From NCBI RefSeq assembly GCF_020745735.1, contig NW_026867607.1:744001-808000 (forward strand): a stretch of 64,000 nucleotides of DNA, given 5' to 3'. The stretch comes from Hemiscyllium ocellatum (taxonomy: Eukaryota). Shown here piece by piece: positions 25,621 through 37,404 of the stretch; the first letter of the stretch is position 1; each line of letters begins with the position of its first letter. Position numbers and translations under genes: made by a program. The notes under the pieces were generated by a model. The model saw only the letters and a program-made list of their open reading frames with translations, was not told the DNA's origin and ran no database searches.

Positions 25621-26767
25621 TAAGCATAGTTGTCCCTATCATTTTGAAAAACGGTTTAACCAGGTGAACTATCTTGTAAAGATGCCAGAGAGGAAAGAAA
25701 GGTATTGGGTATATCAGGTGACCATGATGAACTCGTATTATACGAGAGAGAAAGACCTGGAAAAATAGGTATTCATTACTGCCCTTCAGAGTGAGGAAGC
25801 TAATCTAGATGGCTTGGATTTTGATGTGCCTCACGGTAGATTTAAAAATGAAGAAGGCATTGAGGAGTGGGATAGATAGTAAGCTGTGTCATTAGGATAA
25901 AACGCAGTGGAAAGGTTTGTTACTTCAGGATAAGGACATATGGAGAAATCAGATGGGAACGGTTGACGCTATTGTAAATGAAACAGACACAGGGACTACT
26001 ACACCGATAAAACAGCACCCCTATCAGCTTAAACATTTCAAAGCCAGGCAGGTCCAGAAGGAGGTGGAGACTATGCTGAAAGAGGACAGCATGGAACCAA
26101 GCCAGAGCGAGTGGAGTTAACCAATTGCCTTAGTTCTCAAACTGGTTGATAACCAGTGATGTTTGGATTATGGGAAGGTCAACACAGTTACAAAAATCAG
26201 ACTGATACACAATTCCAAGATTGGAGACCTGTTTCGAGAAATTGGGAAAAATGCAGTTCCATCACCAAGTTGGACTTAATGCGTGTTTACAGGCAGGTAC
26301 CTTTATCAGAGATGGCAAAATGAATTTCTGCGTTTATTACCCTAAATGGGCGCCATCAATTCAAAGTTATGTCCTTTGGAATGACAATCGCGCCCATCAC
26401 CTTCCAAAGACTCATGAACAGAGCTGTGGATGGGTTAACAGACTCTGCAGTCTATTTGGACGACGGTTCATCTTTAATAAGTCCATGAAAGATCACATGG
26501 TACAGTTGACTGAGCTCTTTGAACGACTACGGGAAGCAAATCTGGTGATAAACATAAAGAAAACGGAATTCTCGAAAGCAGAGGCGACGTTCTTGGGACT
26601 CAACACCGGTCATGGGAGGTTGACCACATGGAACACAAAGACGAAGGACATTGAGGAATTGCCACTCCAAACCTCGAAGAAAGAGGCGCTTCGATTCTTA
26701 GGACTCAGTAGATTGTATTGGAATTTTGTTCCAAACTTCAGCAGTGTAGTTGCACCATTAATGGAAT

Positions 26768-29700
26768 GGTGCTTCAAAGTAGGGTCTCCCTCCCTCCCTC
26801 CTCCACTAACCCAAATTAAGAGTCCACAGACTTGCCAGAAAAAGATGGTCTAAGGAAGTTTGGATCGAAGAGTGTGGCTTCAGCTCAGGAGTCTTTGACA
26901 AGGAGATTGAGTGATGTGATTACGCCACAGTTGAAGAGGCTGAAGACATGACTGCTCAGCTGGTTCAGTGCGCTACGTGCTTGATGTGGGAGGTCAACGA
27001 CTCTGGTGTGTCTGGCTCATATATGTGTGGAAAGTGTGTGCACATTCAGCTATTGACCGAGCATATTGCAGCGCCAATGAAAGACCTCGAGGACCTTAGG
27101 TTCATCCGAGAGAACGAGATCTTTCTGGACAAGACCTTCAGCGAGTTTATTGCACCAATCATGCCAGAAGAGAGCAGAAGAGAATAGACGATGAGGAAGG
27201 CAAAGAGGAGACAGGTGCATGAGACCCCGGGAGAAGTACCTGTCAGGCACAAGTTGAAGCTGTTCGAAACAGTAGAGACTGATGACACTGTCAGTTCGCA
27301 AGGCGGCCAGGTTTGTCAATCAAAAGTTGGCGCAGAGGCAGAGCGGAAGATTCGGACATCGCACAGAGCAGTGGTAATAGGGGACCCCGTCGTGAGAGGA
27401 ACTGACCAGGGTTTTTGTGGCAGCAGACAGGATTTAAGGATGGTGTGTTGCCTTCCTGGTGCCAGGGTGAAAGACATCGCGGACAGAGTTTGGGCAATCC
27501 TCAAAGACTAGGGTGAAGAGCCAGAGGTGATGGAACATGTCGGCACAAATGATGTCGAGGAGGAACATACGGGACTTCAGAGAACTAGGAAGAAGGCTTA
27601 AAAGCGGGACGTCCAAGTTGGTTATCTCCGCTTTGCTTCCAGTTCCTCGGGTTGGTGTGGCCAGAAACAGTGAGATAATGGACTTGAACGTGTGGTTGAG
27701 GAACTGGTGCAGGAAGCAAGGATTTAAGTTCTTGGATCACTGGGGTATATTTTGTGGGAAGCATAAATTCTACAAGAGAGACGGTTTGCACCTTAATAGG
27801 TTAGGGACCGGCATTCTGGCAGGCAAGTTCTCTACTGCAACACCACTCCATTTAAACTAAGTAGCGGGGCTGGGGGGGGGGGGGGGGCGGATATGAGGAA
27901 ACAAACTGGATGTTTAAGAAGGAAATTGAAGGGAAAGTTAGAACAAGAGAGGTCAAGAAAGTCAACTGTATCAATGAGGCAGAAAACACGGAAAGGGACC
28001 ATGCTGTAAGGTTGAGTGAAATAGGAGTTGATGGGAAGGGTGAGAGCAGTAACAAATTTAAAATACTATACATGAATGCGCGAGGCATTAGACAAAAGAT
28101 GGATGAGCTTGAGGCTCTTTTGGAAATTGGCAGATACGATATTGTGGGGATAACTGAAACGTGGCTTCAAGTGGACAGGGCCTGGGAAATGAATATTCGA
28201 GACTACACGTGCTATCATAAGGAGAGACTGACGAGCAGAGGGGGTGTGGTGGCCTTGTCAGTAAGGGGGGACATTCAGTCCCTTGCGCGGGGGGACCTAG
28301 AGTCAGGGATGTAGAGTCAGTGCGGATAAATCTGCGAAATACTCTGGGTAAATAGACCCACTTGGGCACCCAAACAGTAGTCTGGATGTCGGAGGTAAGA
28401 TGAAACAGGAGCTGAAAGTGGCCTGTCGCAAAGATGTTACTACAGTTGTTATGGGGGATTTTAACATGCAGGTCGACTGGGAGAATCAGGATGGCATTGG
28501 ACCTCAAGAAAGAGACTTTGTAGAGTGCCTCAGAGATGGATTCTTAGAGCAGCCGGTGCTGGAGCCGACCAGGGAGAAGGCAATTCTGGATGTGGTATTG
28601 TGTAACGAACCAGAATTGGTCAGACACCTCGAAGCGAAGGAGCCATTGGGAAGTAGTGACCATAATACATTAAGCTTCAATCTGCAATTTGAGAGGGAGA
28701 GGGTACAGTCGGAAGTGACAGTACTTCTGTTGAACAAAGGGAACTATGGAGCTATAAGGGAGGAGCTGGCAAATGGTGCAGGGATAACCGTGGAGGAACA
28801 ATGGCGGATATTTCTGTGTATAATGCAGAAGTTGCAAGATCAGTTCATTCCTAAAAGGAAGAAAGATCCCAGGAGGAGGCATGGGCGGCCGTGGCTGACG
28901 AGGGAAGTTAAGAAACATATAAAGTTAAAAGAGAAGAGGTATAACATAGCAATGATGTGGGAATACAGAGGACTAGGAAGCTTTTAAAGAGCAGCAGAGG
29001 ATTACTAAAAAGGAAATACGCAGAGGAAAAATGAGGCACGAAGGTAAACTGGGCAATAATATAAAGGAGGATAGTAAACGCTTTTTTAAGTATGTGCAAG
29101 GCAAAAAATGGTTAGGACTAAAATTGGGCCCTTGAAGACAGAAACAAGGGAATATATTACGGGGAACAAAGAACTGGCAGATGAATTAAATGGGTACGTC
29201 AGATCTGTGTTCACTGGGGAAGACACAAGCAACCACCCTGAGGTAACAGTGGCTGAAGGACCTGAACTTAAGGGAATCTATATTTGCAAGGATTTGGTAT
29301 TGGAGGGACTATTACGTCTGAAGGTTGATAACACACCGGGGCCTGATGGTCTACATCCAAGATAACTGAAGGAGATGGTTCGGGAAATCGTGGATGCGTT
29401 GGTGATTATTTTCCAGAGTTCGATAGATTCGGGATTGGTTCCTAAGGATTGGAGGGTGGCTAATGTTATGCTACTTTTTAAGAAAGGTGGGAGAGAGAAA
29501 GCAGGAATTAGTCTGACCTCAGTGGTGGGAAAGACGCTGGAGTTATGAAAAAGGATGGAATTAGGGCACATCTGGATAGTAGTAACAGGATAGGACAGAG
29601 TCAGCATGGATTTATGAAGGGGAAATCATGCTTGACTAATCTTCTTGAATTTTTGAGGATATAACTCTGAAGATGTACGAGGGAGAGCGAGTAGATGTAG

Positions 29701-30888
29701 TGTACCTGGACTTTCAGAAAGCTTTTCATGAAGTCCCACACAGGAGATTAGTGAGTAAAATTAGGGCGCACGGTATTGGGGCAAAGTACTAGATTGGATT
29801 GAAAATTGGTTGGCTGATAGGAAACAAAGGGTAGTGATAAACCACTCCATTTCAGAATGGCAGGCTGTGACCAGTGGGGTACCGCAGGGATCTGTGCTGG
29901 TACCGCAGCTTTTTCCAATATATGTTAATGACATAGAAGATGGTATCAGTAACAACATTAATAAATTTGCTGATGATACAAAGCTTGGTGGCAGGGTGAA
30001 CTGTGATGAGTATTTTAGGAGATTACAAGGTGACCTGGACAAGTTAGGTGAGTGGGCAGATGCATGGCAGATCCGGTTTAATGTGGATAAATGTATGGTT
30101 ATCCAATTTGGTGGCAAGAACAGGAAGGCAGATTACAACCTCCATGGAATCAATTTAGGTAAAGGGGCAGTACAGAGAGATCAAGGTGTTCTTGTACACC
30201 AGTCAATGAAGGCAAGCATGCAGGTACAGCAGGTAGTGAAGAAGGCTAATAGCATGCTGGCCTTCATAACAAGAGGAATTGAATATAGAAGCAAAGAGGT
30301 GCTTCTGCAGCTGTACAAGGCCGTGATGAGACCACACCTGGAGTACTGTGTGCAGTTCTGGTCTCCAAAGTTGAGGAAAGACATTCTGGCTATTGAGAGA
30401 GTGCAGCGTAGGTTCACGAGGTCAATTCCTGGAATGGCGGGATTACCTTACACTGGAAGACTGAAGCGACTGGCCTTGTATACCCTTGAGTTTAGAAGAC
30501 TGAGAGGGGATCTGATTGAGACATATAAGATTATGGAAGGATTGGACACTCTGGCAGCAGGAAACATGATTCCGTTGTTGGGTGAGTGGCGAACCAGAGG
30601 ACACAGCTTAAAAATACGGACAGAGATGAGGAGAAACTTCTTCACCCAGAGAGTGGTGGCTGTGTGGAATGCTCTGCCCCAGAAGGCAGTGGAGGGCCAG
30701 TGTGTGGATTCATTTAAGAAAGAGCTGGATAGTGCTCTAAAAGATAGTGGAATCAAGGGTTATGGAGATAAGGCAGGAAGACGATACTAGTTAGGAATGA
30801 TCAGCCATGATCATATTGAATGGCGGTGCAGACTCGAAGAGCTGAATGGCCTACTCCTGCACCTGTTGTCTATTCTCTATTGTCTATT
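26768..30888 (+). mobile_element. Near full-length CR1 LINE (ORF1 zinc finger + SGNH esterase; ORF2 APE + RT) with stops and frameshifts
   Basis: ORF1: CATCLMWE..CGKC, VIGDPVVRG, CLPGARVKD, DGLHLN. ORF2: YMNARGI, GITETWL, MGDFN, SDHN, GVPQGSVL, FADDTK. Tail tgtctatt repeats. gaat on both flanks. Confidence 0.95.
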
Positions 30889-31069
30889 GAATTCCTGAAG
30901 AAGAACACAAAGTTTCAGTGAACAGAATAATGCCAGGAGGCATTAAACTTTTGAAAGCAACTTTAACCACCACACTAGTTTTAGCTAGACCAGAATTTTC
31001 AAAACCTTTTAAAGTTGTCATCGATGCTAGTGGCATAGGAGTTGGACATGGGATGACGACGCCAGCTTG

Positions 31070-31325
31070 TATGAGGTGTCATAGCCGCAAATTGCGGGGT
31101 GATAGACTAAAGAGAGATATCAGAGGCAGGTTCAAAACTCAGAGTGATAAGGGTGTGGAATGCCCTGCCGGCCAATGTAGTTATCTTAGCCACATGAGGG
31201 ATGTTTAAACAATCCTTGGATAAGCACATGGCTGATGATGGGATTGGCGTTGCTCAGTTCATAGGTCAGAGCAACATCGAGTGCTGAGGGGCCTGTTTGC
31301 GCTGTATTCTATGTTCTATGTTTAG
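31070..31325 (+). mobile_element. CR1 3' end fragment
   Basis: tcatagccgcaaattgcggggtgataga...; tail ttctatgttctatg. Confidence 0.75.
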
Positions 31326-32449
31326 AACGTGACCAACAATGGAGACAAGGGAAATTCTGTTGAAAGGAGGGCAAATTTCACATCAGCCTCCAATTTTTTC
31401 CCCAAACGCATTTTCTCACCCACATCAAATCGTGTGTGACAGTCTGGAAGTACTGAATGCTCTAGTCTGTTTATGTGCACCCTATGTACGTTGCAATTCG
31501 CCTCCGGTGGTCCTATCTAACAGATTTGGGGGGCCGAATGGGAAGTAGCAACATAGGACTCAGCAAGAGCAGTCGGATAATTGACATTCTGGTGTTGCTT
31601 CAACACGCCATAAGATCGTGGCTTCCCGAGTTGTGATCTGAGCCACACTTCCCGATCTGTAGTTCATTATCCTTGACTAATTTTTCTGTCAAATATCTAA
31701 CTAACACAGCTTTGAATAATTTGCATATGCGCAGGTACCACAGATTTCTGGGGAAGAGGATTCCTACTCAAATTGCTCCTTGAAACATTCTCCTGTCCCT
31801 GTTCAGAAAGAAGTTGGAGGATTGTTCTTTGCTTTTCTCGTGTTCCTGCATCACGAAGTCCTGTAATCTCTTTCCAGTTACGTAATATACAGCCATTCAT
31901 TTTTCTTGAAACATTCATAGCTTCACAGTTCTCACGTGATATTCCATCAACCAAATTGATGTCCATTGCTTATCCATTTACATACTCTCTACCTTCTCTT
32001 GATAACTTCGTTTCCTCACTATGTTATAGTTGGTGACAATTTTGCTCAGAATACATTTGTTACATTTATCTAAATCATTGCATTTGGTTGGAAATATAGT
32101 TTGGGTCTCCTCATTGGTCTCTGTGTCACTGCAGTCGATAATTTCTATTCAACTGATAGAGACTGATTCAACCCTAATTTATCCTTGCTTACGGCTCAGT
32201 AACCAGTCGTCCCCGCATTCCAGTGTCTCAGTTTTGAAAGGCTGTATGTTTTCCTATCGTTCTTGTGTAACTGGCATGAGAGATTAAAAGACCTGCTCTA
32301 ACTGCTGAATTACAGCCACGAACAAATGAATGGCGTAAGTGTGACCTTTTTTAAAACTCTTGATGCCCTTAATAACCTGCTTCAGGATTGGTGTGGTTAC
32401 GAATGGTGGAGAACTTCTTGGAACCATCAAACAAGAGCCGAATTCCGAC

Positions 32450-33420
32450 TTTTTGATAATGGGAAGCCCACCGATACTGCAGCTTCTGTTAGCCCACTGT
32501 GACTCGTGGATTCCCGGTCCCATTTGCTCTGGTCTGAATAAGCATGTCCTACTTCGTAGGAGGTAGTGCGGCACGGTGGCACAGTGGTTAGCACTGCTGC
32601 CTCACAGCGCCTGTAGACCCGGGTTCAATTCCCGACTCAGGTGACTGACTGTGTGGAGTTTGCACGTTCTCCCCGTGTCTGCGTGGGTTTCCTCCGGGTG
32701 CTCCGGTTTCCTCCCACAGTCACAAAGATGTGCGGGTCAGGTGAATTGGCCAAGCTAAATTGCCCATAGTGTTAGGTAAGGGGTAAATGTAGGGGTATGG
32801 GTGGGTTGCGCTTCGGCGGGTCGGTGTGGACTTGTTGGGCCGAAGGGCCTGTTTCCACACTGTAAGTCTAATCTAATCTAAAAAATCTAATAACACAGTG
32901 GGCAGTATTTTCACTATGAGGCTGAGACACCTCCTCCAAAAATTCTGTGTGCTGGGTGCTCCTACAAGTTCTGTTAGGGACAAATCCATCTGTGATATTG
33001 AGTTTGGTGAGAATGTTTCCCACTTGTTGGATCTCCGATCACGTCCCACATTCCGGCTGTTGAGTATTCTGGGCCACGTCCTGTTCCGTCAGTGGTTGGC
33101 CTGTGGAGATATTCCCAGAGATGGACATTGAACTTCCATACCCAGAGAATGTTCTATGTCCTTGTCACCCACAGTGCTCCCTCCAATTTGCTTTCCAAAT
33201 CGAGGGAAACTGAGTTATCATGGAGGGGTGGTGTGCACGGCGGTAGATGTCCATCATCACGAGATTCCCTTGACAATCTCTGAACTGTTGCCATGAGATT
33301 TCGTGGGTTCTGGAGATAATGTTGGGAAATTCCAGTCTAAATTGTTTCCTGACTGGGTCTCACAGAGCATCCACCACTGGTGGGTCTGTCTTGCCGGTCG
33401 AAGTTGATATACCTTCGTAT
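32450..33420 (-). mobile_element. Degraded LINE endonuclease (APE) fragment, interrupted by a SINE
   Basis: Minus strand QGNLVMMDIYR...EGALWVTRT*NILWVWKFNVH, resembling the APE YRPP and GDFN motifs. Confidence 0.55.
32568..32890 (+). mobile_element. Young full-length HE1-type V-SINE
   Basis: A box TGGCACAGTGG, B box GGTTCAATTCC, V domain tgtgtggagtttgcacgttctccccgtgtctgcgtgggtttcctccgggtgctccggtttcctccca, (tctaa)n tail. Confidence 0.93.
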
Positions 33421-33460
33421 CGTGATGGTGCTTCATGAATCATTCCAACTCAGGACCTTA

Positions 33461-33695
33461 GATGGCACCATAGCTCAGTGGTTTTCACTGCTTTCTCACA
33501 GGGCGAGGCAACCAGTGTCGATACCAGCTTCTGGCAACTGTCTATGTGGAGTTTGCCCGTTCTCCTAATTTCTGCGTGGGTTTCCTCTGGTTGCTCTGAT
33601 TTCATCTCCCAATCCACAGATGTGCAATTCAGATGCAGTAGCCATGCTAAATTGTCCATAGTGTTCAGAGATGTGTAGGTTAGGTGCATTAGAAA
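33461..33695 (+). mobile_element. HE1-type SINE, 3'-truncated
   Basis: Similar to 32568-32790. Confidence 0.8.
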
Positions 33696-33699
33696 ATAC

Positions 33700-34215
33700 A
33701 ACAATACAGTGCAGAGCAAGACCTTCAACTCTTGATGTTGCGCCGACCTGTGAACTAATCTAAGCCCATCCCCCTGCACTATCCCATCATCATCCAAATT
33801 CATCACAAAGGGGTGTTTAAACAGCTCTAATGTCGCTGAATAAACGACTTTGGCAAGCAAGGCATTCCACGCCTTGCCACACTCAGAATAATGAACCTGC
33901 ATCTGACATCTGTCTCGAATCACTTTACAGCTATGCTCCCTTTAACAACCTTCGATACCTTTACCAAGAAAACCTGACACACCGTATGCCTTCTTGATAA
34001 CACTCTCAACCTGTGTGGCAACTTTCGGGGCTCGATGTACATGGGCACCAAAATCCCTCTGCACATCCACACTACCAAGAATATTTCCATTGACCAGGTT
34101 TTTTGCCTTCCTGTTATCCTTACAAAGGTTAATCCCCTCACATTTATCTACATTGAATTCCATTTGCCGATTCTCAGCCCAATTCTGCAATTCATCCAAA
34201 TCCCCCTGAAACCTG
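33700..34215 (-). mobile_element. CR1 3' fragment
   Basis: WAENRQMEFNVDKCE...LGSVDVQRDFG (ORF 33942-34199). Confidence 0.85.
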
Positions 34216-34571
34216 AGGAATTCTGTGCATACATTGAAGGAAATGAATACGATTTAATGACATTAGAGAGACAAGGCTACAGGGTGAATGATACTGGAAA
34301 CTCAATACCCAAAAAATTTTACAGATGGGCGTGTAAGATAAAACTGAGAAGGGAGTGGGTGTGATTTCTGAAAAAGAGATGGTATCTGTACAAAGGAAAA
34401 TGGTGATCTGAATCAAATGATCAAGGTGTTGTCTTAATCACATTGTTTTTGTGCACAAAGTGCTCAGTTGAGTTGGGTGTAGGGAGAGATTGCACCCTTA
34501 GGCTGAGTGGTTCTCAAGAAACTTAATGCGCCTTTGTCTATGGGTCTTTCCGACCCGATCACATTCTATAC

Positions 34572-34735
34572 GGCCTTTCCCAGGAACATTTTGTGACCGA
34601 CATTCCCAAGAACATTCTGCACCCAAACATTCATGGAAAATACTATATTCGACAATCCCTGGCACATTCTGCACCTGACATTCCTCGTAAAGTTCTGTAA
34701 CCGATATTTCTTGGGACATTCTCTCTCCGATATTA
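34572..34735. repeat. Degenerate 26-bp minisatellite, ~6 units
   Basis: gacattcccaagaacattctgcaccc-like units. Confidence 0.7.
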
Positions 34736-35059
34736 CTAGTAACAGTCTATTGCCAATATTTTCACCTTTTCGTCTTAGGAATTGTGAAGAAGAAACATGT
34801 GTCTGCTCTCGAGTGATCAAGTGGGTGGGAATATTCTAGAACTGTCTGTTCTCATGGATGTGTGTCTGTATGTTTGGGGAGGGATGGTTTGTTGTTGTTT
34901 CCATCACATTTTTGTCAGTATTCAGACTTTCTCATTTGTTATTTCAGCTCCAATTACGTTAATAAATCTCTGAATACATTTGATAATTTCATTGGCTTCT
35001 CAAATAAACTGTCAACCTTACCTCCAGGCTGATGTATAATTTATTTTCTTTCCTCACAG

Positions 35060-35943
35060 TTAACGTAGTGACGATCTACGTCCTGCATTATAAAGATTGT
35101 GCATTGTCTCCATGTGTCAGACTTTACCTGGTGGCCATGGCAGTGACGGACCTACTGGTCATTATAATCGACCTGATATTGAGACACATACCCATTGTTT
35201 TTTACGAACAGTTTTATTTCCTGAGGAAAATCCCAGTGTGTAATATCCATGCCGTCCTGCTTTATGCAGCTACTGACTGTTCTGTCTGGTTCACCGTCGC
35301 TTTCACCTTTGATCGATTTGTTGCTATTTGTTGCCAAAAGCTCAAATGTAAATATTGCAGTGAGAAAACGGCAGCTGTGGTTTTGGGAACATTGACTGTG
35401 TTGAACGTGTTCATGAACTTTTTCTGGTATTTTATGCTCACCCCTCGATATTGGCTGTGGCATGGACCCTGGTTTTGTTTGGTAACATTATCCGTTTATG
35501 ACTCTCGTTTCTGGGTCACAATTGAGTCCCTCCACCACATTCTAACACCGGCTCTCCCAATTCTTCAGATTCTGGTGCTCAATGCTTTCACGGTCAGACA
35601 CATTTTAGCAACCAGCACAGCTCGCCGGCGACTCAGGGATCTTAATGGCGCCGTTCAGTGTGACAAAGAAATGAGAAATCGAAACAAATCCATCATCTCA
35701 CTGTTTGTGATATCGGTCAATTTCATTCTGTTATGGTCACCGTTTACAATCTATTCGATATGGAATCGGATTAAGTATATTATGGATTCCCCTTTGCATC
35801 TGGAATGGTTTATGCAGGAATTGGGCTTCATGCTGCAGCTCCTCAGTTGCTGCACTAACACCGCAATTTATGCCGTGACCCAGACTAAGTTCAGACAACA
35901 GCTGAAAAATGTGCTGAAATATCCCTTCACCCACATTCGTTAA
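35060..35943 (+). CDS. Exon 2 of GPR139/GPR142-like class A GPCR (TM1 to stop; spliced product 365 aa)
   Basis: Acceptor ttttctttcctcacAG|TT; G|TT makes Val in frame with exon 1. YLVAMAVTDL (TM2), PVC and TFDRFVAIC (TM3), FILLWSP (TM6), CCTNTAIY (TM7), helix 8 KFRQQL. No disruptions. Confidence 0.92.
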
Positions 35944-36394
35944 TCACTCATGTTCACTCAATCATAAACCCATCCGGGATTTCCCATTTCAATTTTATAT
36001 TTCAGCAATGAAGCAGCCTGTCGCTAACCCAATAGACCGAGGGTAGTGTTGGTTTATACAGACTTGCTCCACGGGAGTTACATTGACACGTTTCAATATT
36101 GCTCTTAACTCAAGGGGCAGTGAACAAATGTTGCCATTTCATTGAGAATACCTATCACTTCAATGTATAAATAATTTTTAAAAATGCTCATTAAAAAGTG
36201 CCAAGCAACAGAGCAAACTATATTGTTGTTTTTCATTGTGTTGAAGCAGCTGAGCTTGAGAGAGATAGTGTCAGGGTCCCCAGGCAAGGGAAGGGGAACC
36301 AGTGCACGATCTCAGGAGGTGGGTTTAAGCCTCGCCGTCCTTGCCTTAATTTTTGGGTCTCCCAAACCGATCTAGCCATTGGCAGAGTTCATTT

Positions 36395-36560
36395 CTCTCC
36401 GTTTGCCCCTTTCCCTCCACCTCTCCCTCCCAAACTCACACTGCCGAACGCTCTCTCCCCGTTTTCAAACTCCATTTCTCTGTCGCTCCCTTCCCCATTC
36501 TCCTTCACTCTCTCTCCTCTTCGTCTCTCCACCTCCCCGTCTCCCTCTCTGCAAAATTTC
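36395..36560. repeat. CT-rich low-complexity tract
   Basis: Pyrimidine-rich ctct/ccct runs. Confidence 0.7.
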
Positions 36561-36589
36561 CTCGCCTTCTGTCACTGGGGGCATAGAAG

Positions 36590-37400
36590 AGTAGCGTGGA
36601 ACTTTAGGTTATCTGTCAGGGAATAGAGGGGGAGTGGAGATTCAGACCGTAGCTAGGGGAACAACAGGGGCGTAAGGAAATTTAGGCTGACGCTAAGGGA
36701 ATGAGGAGTTCGCAATTACAGCCCATTGCCAGGGGAACAAAGAGGATTGTGGAATTTCAAGCCGTTGGAAGAAAGGAAGGGGTGGATCTTCGGGACTTGG
36801 TAAGTGAACAGCGAGGAGTTTGAAACTTCAAGCCGTTGCTGAGGCAACAGAGATGGTTGTAGTTCTTCAGGCTGTTGCAAGAGGAAGAGAGCTGGCAGTG
36901 GAGCACCAGGGCACTGCTCGGGGAATGGAGAGGTGTGGATCGACCAGCCTTTGCTCGGGGACCAGAGGAGAGATTCGAAATTAAGCCTGTTGCTTGTGAA
37001 ACAGAAGGTAGTATGGAGCTTCACGATGTTTCAAAGGGAATAGAGGGAGGTGTGGAGATTTCGAGCAATCCTAGGGGCAACAGACGGGGGTGTTGATATC
37101 CAGGTTTTGCTTGGGGAAAAATATGGGCCTTGGGTCAAAAGAAGTTGCTAAGTGAACACTGGGTGTAAGAACACAGACTGTTAGTAGCAGGCAATTGTGG
37201 AGGTAGCACCTTCGGTTGTGACTCAGGCAAAAAGCGTTGGGGTCGGATTACACAGGGACCAGGTTGTGTAAGCCCCACTGTGTGTTAGTAAGGGAACAGA
37301 TTGGGATAGGTCAAAGGCCAATTTGCTGGAATGCATTGGGGAGGGGGTCACAAGGCATTGCTTAGGGTAGAGAGTGTGCAGTGGAAGTAGCTCGAGATTA
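36590..37400. repeat. Degenerate ~39-bp tandem repeat
   Basis: Units like ggggaacagaggggtgtggagtttcaggccgttgcta. Confidence 0.6.
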
Positions 37401-37404
37401 AACG

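Larger units (their letters stand above)
18921..31045 (+). mobile_element. Gmr1-like Ty3/Gypsy LTR retrotransposon, degenerate, in three pieces (18921-22270, 25621-26767, 30889-31045)
   Basis: gag from ~19898. Protease VIILRDAGS ~20634. Integrase AHELPVGGHLGI, PLPRSKSGKQYLL, STYHPES (21370-22260). RT PIKQHPY and YLDD at 26453. RNase H LARPEFSKPFKVVIDASGIGVG. No 3' LTR seen. Confidence 0.88.

Noticed and set aside
29810-30790. 326-aa ORF as a host or domesticated gene
   Set aside because: It is the C-terminal part of CR1 ORF2, and upstream ORF2 is frameshifted.
31045-32450. 3' LTR of the Gmr1-like element
   Set aside because: No second copy of 18921-19662 is recognisable; the element appears 3'-truncated.
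32568-32640. tRNA gene
   Set aside because: The A/B boxes belong to a SINE head that continues into a V domain and LINE-like tail.
35032-35059. ATG at 35032 as the GPCR start
   Set aside because: It lies in the polypyrimidine tract/acceptor and would truncate TM1. Exon 1 supplies the missing part in phase.
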